Assembly (NCBI GenBank): GCA_045601325.1
Contig: JAZRZI010000038.1
Coordinates: forward strand, 1 to 63,436
Source of the DNA: Bacilli bacterium
Lineage (GTDB): Bacteria > Bacillota_I > Bacilli_A > RFN20 > CAG-826
Direction: 5' to 3'
DNA: 63,436 nucleotides
The position numbers were made by a program, and so were the translations under genes. The notes beneath the pieces are model-generated. The model was not told where the DNA came from and did not search any database. It saw only the letters and a list, made by a program, of their open reading frames with translations. Each line of letters begins with the position of its first letter. Within the stretch, counting starts at the first letter, position 1. This document shows, in pieces, positions 56,523 to 63,436 of this stretch.

Positions 56523-59250
56523 ATTTCTTTTTAACACCTAAAATCGTTAATAGGGAAATAACGCCTACACAAATAAGTGCGGAGCCAGTAACGATAGAAC
56601 CACCACATCCCCTTGATGCAGGTTTGTAGTTAGGATCATCTTCATATAGAACAATAGCTTGGCTATCGCATGAGACATTCCAAACTGTATCTAAAGTAAT
56701 TTCGTTATCACCGATAACCCATTTGCCAATCTTTCCTTCAACTTCAGGAATGTTAGGTAAAGCTTCTAAAGCATTACCAATCTTTTCACCAAAGGTGACT
56801 CTAACTAAATAGATAGGTTCGCTATCAGCAGAGACTCTAAAATAAAGGAGATATTGTTTGCCTGTATAAACAGCGTTAACAGTGATGTTTTCACCAGTTA
56901 ATTCATAATCTTCCCAAACACCTACGTATCCTTCTTTATTAGGAACAACAGGTTCTTCGATTTGTTCGTCGCCAGGAATATATCCAACCTTAGCAACTTC
57001 CACTCCATCCACCATAAAGGTTACATAATGAGTAACAGGAGTGTATACCGAATTAATAATGATGTTTTCAGTACCTAATGTATATTCTTCCCAAGCACCA
57101 GTATATCCTTCTTTAAAAGGAACTAATGGTTCTTCAATGGAGGTGCTTTCAACTGTAAAGCCCACTTTACTAACTTCCACACCATCAGCAATAAATGTTG
57201 CGTAATATGTGGTTGCTGTTTTAACTAAAGTAATAGTTTGTTTGGTTTCGTAATTTAAAACAGAGTATTCATTTACTGCGATTTGTTCATCACCGATAAC
57301 CCATCTATATTCGTAGCCAGAAATAGGTGTGTATTCAGGGAATTCACCAACAACATCGCCAGTATAGTATGCTTTTGTTTCCACCACTTCGCCATTTATG
57401 ACAAACTCGACATCAAATGAAACAGCGGAAACAAGAATAGCAATTTTATTTTCTTCATAAGCAAATGTTCCGTCTTCAAAAATGGTGTTTCCATCAATTG
57501 CCCAAGAATAATGTGTGATGGTTTCATCGCTAGGAATAGGAAGAACACCATAAGTATCACCATTAAGTATGGTCATGCCATTATTCAAATCCGCAATGTA
57601 AAATGATTCAACATCCGCGGATGCTGAAGAAGCACCTTCAGTCCACCAAGTGAATTGGAAATAGAAATGGAAATATGACTTCTGCGCGGTAATTTCATAA
57701 ACAATAGTTTGATATTCGGTTGAAGTACACGCGACAAGTGTTTCATCGATGTTATCTTCTCTAAACAATACAGAAGTATCGTTATGATCTTTTTTGAATG
57801 TTAAAGAAACGATGTAATCATGTCCTTGAATGACATCAATAGGATTAATCCATAAAGCTGGTCCTTCTCTTTTTGTGGACACCATATGGAGGACACCATT
57901 TTCTAAAGAATATTGAAGGTCATCGCAGTTGGTTTGTTGAGGTTGATCGCCATAATCGACTTCAGCAAATCCAATTTTATAACCAGATTCCACAAAACTT
58001 GGATAGGCATATGCATCTTGTCCAAAATTATAGATTGAAGATTCATTAACTGCTTGACCGTTAATAGTCCACCCTTCACAAGTGAACCCAGTCTTACTAG
58101 GTAAAGTTGGTAAATCGCCCATCTCAGCGTTTTTGGTGTATGTTCTAACTTCACCACAAAGAAAGTTTCTCATATATTGGCTAACATCTCTTTGTCCTGC
58201 TATTGATCCTTCACCGGACCAAGCACATTGCACACCAAATCTAGATACACCGGTTGTTGGAACAGAGAATTCAAAATAGAAATCTGTGTAACCACTCCAA
58301 GAATCTCTACCAACAAAAATATCAGTCCAAGGTGCTTCTAAATATAACGAGAATGATGAAAATTCGTCGTTTTTATACGCACCGCTGACGTAGTAAGTCT
58401 TACCAGCTTCAAATGTATAAGCTTTGGAAAAATAATAGGCTCCAGTTTGACCAGTTAATACTAATTGGTTGTTTTCGAGCTTTCTTGCCATACAATCAAC
58501 AGAGTCTAAAGGACGTGGAGAATAATCTTCTACTAAGTCGTGTTCCACAAAACAAACCTTATAAGAAGAAGCTGTTGATTCGTATTTAGCCAAGACAATC
58601 TTATCTTCGGAATAATTTAAAATTGTGTCAGCGTTAATTTCTTGTCCATCAATAGTCCAAGTAGAACTATATCCTTCTATTTGAGGGATGCTTGGAAGTG
58701 TTCCTATGGTTTCACCTGTAGAATAGCTTCTAAGTTCGCCAAAATAAACGTTTTTAATAAGCAAATCACCGGTTAATCCATCTGGCGCTTGGAATGCGTA
58801 ATTAAATGAAGAAGATAATCCTGCAGTGATGTCGTAAGTTACTGTAGTCCAGTCTTGAGAAAATGCATAATCATCAATTAGGGTCCATCCGTTGCACCAC
58901 AAGTGAACCTGTAAAGCGTCGGTGGTTTTATAAGTTAAAGAATATCTATATGTCTTACCAGCGGTCATCGCCATATAAGATGTGCCTACAAAACTTTCAT
59001 AATAAATGGAATAGGTTTGAGATTTAGTAAAAGAAAGCGTGGTTATTCCATTTTGATAATTAGGGCTTTTTAATGAAGATTCACCGTTGTTATAACCCGC
59101 CATATCGGCATTGCTAGAAAAGTCGTGAGCGGCAAATAGTAACTTATGGCCACCATCTGCGTTAGCTACACTATTTTTGTTATTAGCAAGACTAGTTCCC
59201 GCAAGCGCACTCGCGCATAAAAACAAAGCAGTTACAAAAAACTTCTTCAT
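56515..59250 (-). CDS. surface protein: 3 x (CBM-like module + Flg_new repeat) followed by 4 Flg_new repeats, C-terminal TM anchor
   Basis: Signal peptide MKKFFVTALFLCASALAGTSLANN. Flg_new-type repeats such as EGYSSTWTIDGQEINADTILNYSEDKIVLAKY and KEGYTGAWEEYTLGTENIIINSVYTP. C-terminus is GSALICVGVISLLTILGVKKKYE. Confidence 0.75.
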   Translation of the reverse strand: MKKFFVTALFLCASALAGTSLANNKNSVANADGGHKLLFAAHDFSSNADMAGYNNGESSLKSPNYQNGITTLSFTKSQTYSIYYESFVGTSYMAMTAGKTYRYSLTYKTTDALQVHLWCNGWTLIDDYAFSQDWTTVTYDITAGLSSSFNYAFQAPDGLTGDLLIKNVYFGELRSYSTGETIGTLPSIPQIEGYSSTWTIDGQEINADTILNYSEDKIVLAKYESTASSYKVCFVEHDLVEDYSPRPLDSVDCMARKLENNQLVLTGQTGAYYFSKAYTFEAGKTYYVSGAYKNDEFSSFSLYLEAPWTDIFVGRDSWSGYTDFYFEFSVPTTGVSRFGVQCAWSGEGSIAGQRDVSQYMRNFLCGEVRTYTKNAEMGDLPTLPSKTGFTCEGWTINGQAVNESSIYNFGQDAYAYPSFVESGYKIGFAEVDYGDQPQQTNCDDLQYSLENGVLHMVSTKREGPALWINPIDVIQGHDYIVSLTFKKDHNDTSVLFREDNIDETLVACTSTEYQTIVYEITAQKSYFHFYFQFTWWTEGASSASADVESFYIADLNNGMTILNGDTYGVLPIPSDETITHYSWAIDGNTIFEDGTFAYEENKIAILVSAVSFDVEFVINGEVVETKAYYTGDVVGEFPEYTPISGYEYRWVIGDEQIAVNEYSVLNYETKQTITLVKTATTYYATFIADGVEVSKVGFTVESTSIEEPLVPFKEGYTGAWEEYTLGTENIIINSVYTPVTHYVTFMVDGVEVAKVGYIPGDEQIEEPVVPNKEGYVGVWEDYELTGENITVNAVYTGKQYLLYFRVSADSEPIYLVRVTFGEKIGNALEALPNIPEVEGKIGKWVIGDNEITLDTVWNVSCDSQAIVLYEDDPNYKPASRGCGGSIVTGSALICVGVISLLTILGVKKKYE
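56857..57204 (-). repeat. intragenic tandem duplication (two adjacent ~58-aa Flg_new repeats, closely similar)
   Basis: YATFIADGVEVSKVGFTVESTSIEEPLVPFKEGYTGAWEEYTLGTENIIINSVYTP versus YVTFMVDGVEVAKVGYIPGDEQIEEPVVPNKEGYVGVWEDYELTGENITVNAVYTG. Confidence 0.7.
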
Positions 59251-59252
59251 AA

Positions 59253-60776
59253 TTAAATCCTCTTTTCTGTTTCTAAATCAAAGAAATATAGGTCTTGGGT
59301 GTTAAAGAACAATTTAATATCTTCGTTTCTCTCAGGCATACCTTCGGTTTGGTATTTTGCCATTATCTTTTGGCCATTGATAAAACCATAGGCAACAGTT
59401 TCATAGCCTAATGATTCTGCGTAATCGTATTTAATGACAAAAGATTGTTCTAAAATGGTGTCTTCGCGTTTGTTCTTAATGGATATTTTTTCTGGTCTAA
59501 TACCTACTAAGATAGGTTTTCCATTATATGCGCTTAATCTATCAGTTTGTTCTTTGTTTAATTTAACAAATACTGGTTGTTCGCCATCGATAACTAACTT
59601 ATTTCCATCAACAGTTACGTTGATAAAGTTCATCGCAGGGTTACCCATAAAAGACGCTACAAATTTATTCTCAGGATTATCATAGATTTCTTGAGGTGTA
59701 CCTAATTGTTGGATGTGTCCATCTTTCATAACCACAATGCGATCTGCCATCGTCATAGCTTCGGTTTGGTCGTGAGTAACATAGATTGTGGTCGCGCCAA
59801 CCTTCTCGTGAATCTTAATGATTTCACCACGTGTTTGCACCCTCAACTTAGCGTCTAAGTTACTCAAAGGTTCGTCCATTAAGAATACTTTTGGTTCTCT
59901 AACAATAGCCCTACCTAACGCTACCCTTTGTCTTTGACCACCGGATAATGCTCCTGGGAGTCTAAATAAATACTTAGTTAAATCAATTGTGAAAGCGGTT
60001 TCGTTGATTTTGATATCCATCTCATCTTTAGTTAATTTTCTTTTAACTGAAAGAGGTACTTTATTGTGTTGAAGATATTCAATGCGGTGTTTATTTTCCT
60101 CAATCAAAGTCTCTTTTTGCTTAATGGAATTATTCGCTGCTTCAACAAAAGCTTCATCATCGTGATATTTATCAATTTTCTTATTAATCTTAGCGATAGC
60201 GTTTTGGTTGATTTCGTTTTCTTTGGTTAATTCTTTTATTGTCTCTTCATCAATGCCAATTTCTCTTTCCATAGAAGCGAGTCGCTTATTATGAACAGCG
60301 ATTAATTTGACATATAAATCAGAATAAGTATTTAAAAGTTCAGAAGAGTTTTGGTTTTTAATGAATTTTTTCTTAGCTAGTTTTATTTCTTTTCGAATTT
60401 CTTTTTCTTGTTCTAATAGTTCTAAACTATCTGGTGTTTCTTTTAATTTAGGACACGAAATCTTTCTTAATTCCAAAGCAAATTGCAAATTCTCATATAC
60501 GGTCATGTGTGGATATAAAGCATAGTTTTGGAACACCATTGCGATATTCCTATCTTTAGGTTCAACATTATTCACGAATAAATCATCGATATATAAACGA
60601 CCGGTGGAAATGGATTCAAATCCCGCGATCATTCTAAGTGTTGTGGATTTACCACACCCAGAAGGACCAACAAAGACAACAAACTCTTTGTCTTTAATGT
60701 CTAAGTTAAAATCAAAAACGGCTTGCACGCCATTAGGATAAATCTTGTTTATCGAACGTAAGGATAAAGTGGACAT
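59253..60776 (-). CDS. MalK/MsmK/UgpC-type sugar ABC transporter ATPase with ~139-aa coiled-coil insertion
   Basis: Walker A GPSGCGKST, Q-loop MVFQNYALYPHMTV, signature LSGGQRQRVALGRA, Walker B FLMDEPLSNLDA, H-loop VTHDQ. C-terminal TOBE-type domain present. Insertion at aa 108-246. Confidence 0.9.
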   Translation of the reverse strand: MSTLSLRSINKIYPNGVQAVFDFNLDIKDKEFVVFVGPSGCGKSTTLRMIAGFESISTGRLYIDDLFVNNVEPKDRNIAMVFQNYALYPHMTVYENLQFALELRKISCPKLKETPDSLELLEQEKEIRKEIKLAKKKFIKNQNSSELLNTYSDLYVKLIAVHNKRLASMEREIGIDEETIKELTKENEINQNAIAKINKKIDKYHDDEAFVEAANNSIKQKETLIEENKHRIEYLQHNKVPLSVKRKLTKDEMDIKINETAFTIDLTKYLFRLPGALSGGQRQRVALGRAIVREPKVFLMDEPLSNLDAKLRVQTRGEIIKIHEKVGATTIYVTHDQTEAMTMADRIVVMKDGHIQQLGTPQEIYDNPENKFVASFMGNPAMNFINVTVDGNKLVIDGEQPVFVKLNKEQTDRLSAYNGKPILVGIRPEKISIKNKREDTILEQSFVIKYDYAESLGYETVAYGFINGQKIMAKYQTEGMPERNEDIKLFFNTQDLYFFDLETEKRI

Positions 60777-61034
60777 AAAAATAATCTCTCAATGTTATTG
60801 AACGAAAGTTTCAATGTAATAATTGTAAATGTTTTTTATTGTTGTTTCAACCACACGCGCACATTACACGTTATAATATGTACAAAAATTAGCATGCACG
60901 AATTACGTCGCACGCACCTTAGCTTTTTTCATCGTTATAACGAATACACAAAATATCTAGATCCACACAAGATATTATGATAATCAAGCGATTATGAGAT
61001 GGAATGCATCGGTTTTGTTTGGTAAACTTAGCGC

Positions 61035-61751
61035 ATGGAAAACTTTGTAAAACCACACAAAATTGAAAAAAGCAAACTTCTAGATTTAGCCTTAGCTTTA
61101 ATTATTGAAGTGCTTTCGTTTGGTGTGTGCGTTCCGCTTCATTCACTGATTGTTCATAATGGAAGGCTTCTTCAAGAACCCATTAACGTGGGTGGAGAGA
61201 TGAGTGAGCCCACTACCGCACGATTAATTTTTGGTATTGTGGCTTTTATAATCGGGGTTGGGCTTATAATATTCGCTCATTACATTATTAAGAAAAACAA
61301 AGAATTAATAGGGTTTGGATTGGCTTATTGCGGTGGAGTGTTTTTGTGGCAATCAATCGGAGAATGCTTATGGCATTTTCAAATCGGAGGAATCCAAATT
61401 GATAGAATCGAAACCATATCCTCTTTCCCTCTCGTAATTATATTTGTAATTGTTTTAATTGCTCTTGGTTTTAAAAAAAATAAAAACTTTGCTCTTTGGG
61501 TTGTCGCTCTTTCTTTTGCGTCTAATTGGTTAGGGCATTACATCACAATTGGTTTGTATCCAATTGTTCAATCAAATGTTGATTGGAAAACTTGGGCGTA
61601 TGTGATGTCAGGAACGGTTGGAGGCACCGCAACCATTATCGGAACTCTGCTATCATTGTTTTGTTGCAAAACTAAAAGGGGCGTTTATTTAGCCTCGATG
61701 TTAATTTTTATTGGAATTGGAATCATATACTTTGGTTTTACCGAAGCATAA
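61035..61751 (+). CDS. polytopic membrane protein, function unknown
   Basis: 238 aa with about six hydrophobic helices. No motif recognised. Confidence 0.5.
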   Translation: MENFVKPHKIEKSKLLDLALALIIEVLSFGVCVPLHSLIVHNGRLLQEPINVGGEMSEPTTARLIFGIVAFIIGVGLIIFAHYIIKKNKELIGFGLAYCGGVFLWQSIGECLWHFQIGGIQIDRIETISSFPLVIIFVIVLIALGFKKNKNFALWVVALSFASNWLGHYITIGLYPIVQSNVDWKTWAYVMSGTVGGTATIIGTLLSLFCCKTKRGVYLASMLIFIGIGIIYFGFTEA

Positions 61752-61992
61752 GTATAGAAGTTAGTAAGCTCGAAAAATCTATTTCAAATATAGTCCTATG
61801 ATTTTTCAACATGCCCTGTGGTTACCGCTAGAATGTCTCTTCCTGATACATGTCAGGGTCGTAATAACATATGTTATTGTAGCGGAATTTGCCATGTAAT
61901 TCTATTATATTTTTGTTACTGTTTTATTACTGTCGGTTATTGTTTGTTATATCAAAATGTTGTGGCACCAAACATACCAGCATTGACCTTAT

Positions 61993-62023
61993 GTGTACAA
62001 TAGGCACCGTGCCTTATGTACAC
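61993..62023. repeat. 31-nt imperfect inverted repeat / hairpin
   Basis: GTGTACAATAGGCAC-C-GTGCCTTATGTACAC: 15-nt arms with 2 mismatches and a perfect core AGGCAC-N-GTGCCT. It lies 27 nt downstream of the stop of 62050..63330. No U-run on either strand. Confidence 0.6.
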
Positions 62024-62049
62024 TATGTCTAAGTAACAAAATGAAAAAA

Positions 62050-63330
62050 TTAATCTTTTAAACATCCTATTGGTATTACTAAAACTCCATCTTCGCGTTT
62101 GTAACCATATTCAGTTCCAGTAATTACTATTTTTAAGTCAGGTAGTCTTAACTGAATTCCTTTTTTGCTTTTGTTATGCTCAATTAAAAGTCTTTCAATT
62201 TCGCACAAATGTCTTGCTCCATAATCAATTTCATGCTGTCCAAGTTTAACTTCAATTAATGCATATTTTCCATTCTCAAGATGCAAAACAGCATCAGCTT
62301 CCAAACCATACCTATCTCTATAATAAGAAACTGAACCACCGAGTTCTGATGAATAAATACGCAAATCCCTAATAACCAACGATTCAAACAAAAAGCCCAT
62401 CGTTTTATAGTCAACATCAAAATATTCAGGAGAAATGCCAAGTGCGGCCACAGCAATCGATGGATCAATTAAATTTTTCTTTTTAGATGATCTTATAACT
62501 GTTTTTGATCTGATGGATGGACACCAAGCATCAATATCGTCAATAATGTATAAATCTTCTAAGGCCGAAAGATATGAATAGAATGTTGGCTTAGACATCT
62601 CACATGTAGAAATAACATCTCGATAAATGGTGTTAGTGTCAGCCTCAGTACATATATTTCTAGCATACGATTTTAAAATTGTTTTAGCCCAAATTGGGTT
62701 TTTCTTAATATCATCAATACGCGAGATATCAGTATCACACGTTTGATCATACACATCTTTAGCAATTCTCAATTGTGCCTTTTTATCTAATATATCAATG
62801 CTTCTAGGCCAACCACCTCTGCATATTACTCTCTTTATCTCATCCATAGTCAAGGTTGAATGACATCTTTCAAAGGATGAAGGGTCATCAAACAAATTTA
62901 ATAAACTAATTTCACCATTTGAATCACCGCTTTCAAATAAACTCATTGGATACATTTTTAAAGTAGAAATTCTTCCTGTTCCTGTGTGAGGAGTCTTAAC
63001 TTTTTGAGAGGAAGAGCCAGTCAATATATATGCGCCAAGAAGTTGATTATCATCAATATCCTTCCTTATTGTTCCCCAAATTTTTGGCGCATCTTGCCAT
63101 TCATCAAAAAGAACAGGCTTTTCATGCTTTAATAAATCAGAAGGATGATTATTTGCTAACAACAACAAATTTTCTCTAATATCTTCATTTTGAAATTCAA
63201 TTATCGTTTTTGCTTTTTGCTTTGCTGTGGTTGTTTTTCCACAACCTTTGGGTCCAACAATCAAAACTCCTCCTAAAGCTTTCATTCTTTCGTCAAATTG
63301 CTTATCAATAATTCTGTGTTTATATGTCAT
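62050..63330 (-). CDS. AAA-type ATP-binding protein with DUF4143 domain
   Basis: Walker A VGPKGCGKTT, Walker B-like VLFDEWQ, and AYILTGSS, typical of the AAA_14 + DUF4143 family. AGGAG lies 8 nt upstream of the ATG. Confidence 0.75.
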   Translation of the reverse strand: MTYKHRIIDKQFDERMKALGGVLIVGPKGCGKTTTAKQKAKTIIEFQNEDIRENLLLLANNHPSDLLKHEKPVLFDEWQDAPKIWGTIRKDIDDNQLLGAYILTGSSSQKVKTPHTGTGRISTLKMYPMSLFESGDSNGEISLLNLFDDPSSFERCHSTLTMDEIKRVICRGGWPRSIDILDKKAQLRIAKDVYDQTCDTDISRIDDIKKNPIWAKTILKSYARNICTEADTNTIYRDVISTCEMSKPTFYSYLSALEDLYIIDDIDAWCPSIRSKTVIRSSKKKNLIDPSIAVAALGISPEYFDVDYKTMGFLFESLVIRDLRIYSSELGGSVSYYRDRYGLEADAVLHLENGKYALIEVKLGQHEIDYGARHLCEIERLLIEHNKSKKGIQLRLPDLKIVITGTEYGYKREDGVLVIPIGCLKD

Positions 63331-63383
63331 ATCAATACTCCTATAATAATTTTAGCAAAAACAATTTAAGACGTCTATTGAAT

Positions 63384-63436
63384 TTAACACATTTGAGGTA
63401 TTTTGGTTAACACATTTGAGGTATTTTGGTTAACAC
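63384..63436. repeat. 23-nt direct tandem repeat, at least 2.3 copies, truncated by the window end
   Basis: TTAACACATTTGAGGTATTTTGG occurs at 63384..63406 and 63407..63429, both copies identical. TTAACAC then starts again at 63430. Confidence 0.9.

Noticed and set aside
26240-59685. Further nested or antisense ORFs in the glycan loci. Examples: 26240..26434, 26361..26567, 27645..27995, 28477..28692, 28855..29146, 30648..30851, 31101..31708, 32265..32450, 32644..32865, 33983..34192, 35739..35933, 38707..39153, 39508..39693, 42245..42457, 43411..43599, 46335..46532, 48455..48697, 50184..51135, 51181..56284, 57903..58279, 59434..59685.
   Set aside because: Same reasoning. All lie within much longer ORFs that have coherent domain content.
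60792-60980. 62-codon ORF in the spacer upstream of the ATPase operon. The same region has palindromes TCGTTATAACGA and ATCTAGAT, and a TGAACGAAAGTTTCA element that I compared with a cre site.
   Set aside because: The ORF has no SD and an odd composition. The TGAAC...GTTTCA element does not fit the cre consensus (no central CG at the right position). Short palindromes are expected by chance in AT-rich DNA.
61818-62003. 61-codon Cys-rich ORF (MVTARMSLPDTCQGRNNICYCSGICHV...).
   Set aside because: It starts at GTG with no SD, and it spans the hairpin-rich spacer. It is more likely a by-product of the structured DNA than a gene.
1-63436. Possibility that TGA encodes Trp (mollicute code 4).
   Set aside because: ORFs of up to 1791 codons are uninterrupted under the standard code, so every Trp in them is TGG. 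Several genes end at TGA at natural C-termini. The single in-frame TGA at 9454..9456 lies in a start-less relic.
63384-63436. A CRISPR array.
   Set aside because: The 23-nt units are directly adjacent with no spacers. No cas genes or other repeat-spacer pattern occurs anywhere in the window.

Overview
This is an AT-rich (about one-third G+C by eye) 63.4-kb chromosomal window with about 45 genes. All but four are on the minus strand, mostly packed into translationally coupled operons. I found no rRNA, tRNA, CRISPR array, transposase or integrase.

Layout:
- 0.1-9.3 kb: an alpha-mannoside/N-glycan-type cluster (GH125, a DUF4091/GH123-like protein, a DUF4886 SGNH-like protein, a lipoprotein). 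It is visibly decaying: a chain of three unrelated gene fragments (HI0933-type flavoprotein N-terminus, Flg_new surface-protein piece, GH38 C-terminal half), a mosaic ImmA/IrrE peptidase ORF, and small relics.
- 9.6-20.7 kb: the operon pyrC-carB-pyrK-pyrD-pyrF-pyrE-pyrB-gdhA-aminotransferase. It has no carA and no pyrR or attenuator. PyrB carries a fused PyrI-type zinc domain.
- 20.9-40.9 kb: a 12-gene glycan-utilisation locus rich in lipoproteins. It holds an ABC importer, a 1075-aa ORF fusing a glycoside-hydrolase-like domain to a ROK-family regulator, a truncated ABC ATPase with two small membrane partners, and a membrane-anchored esterase.
- 41.3-44.7 kb: an internally duplicated BspA/DUF285 leucine-rich-repeat surface protein and a divergent secreted protein.
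- 44.8-60.8 kb: a second glycan locus. It starts with a MalK/MsmK-type ATPase carrying a ~139-aa coiled-coil insertion, followed by a 911-aa Flg_new surface protein, a ~1786-aa membrane-anchored multi-CBM enzyme, an ABC importer and a cytoplasmic GH-like protein. A Fic protein follows.
- 61-63.4 kb: a membrane protein, a structured intergenic region, and an AAA/DUF4143 ATPase preceded by a 23-nt tandem repeat cut by the window edge.

Likely source (inference only): a wall-less Mollicutes-type organism using the standard code, Acholeplasma-like. The evidence is many lipoboxes, surface proteins held by a C-terminal TM helix with no LPXTG, DUF285 repeats, and the inserted MalK.

The most novel-looking item is the GH-like/ROK fusion at 33670..36897. 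Family names are from motif recognition by eye, not from database searches.
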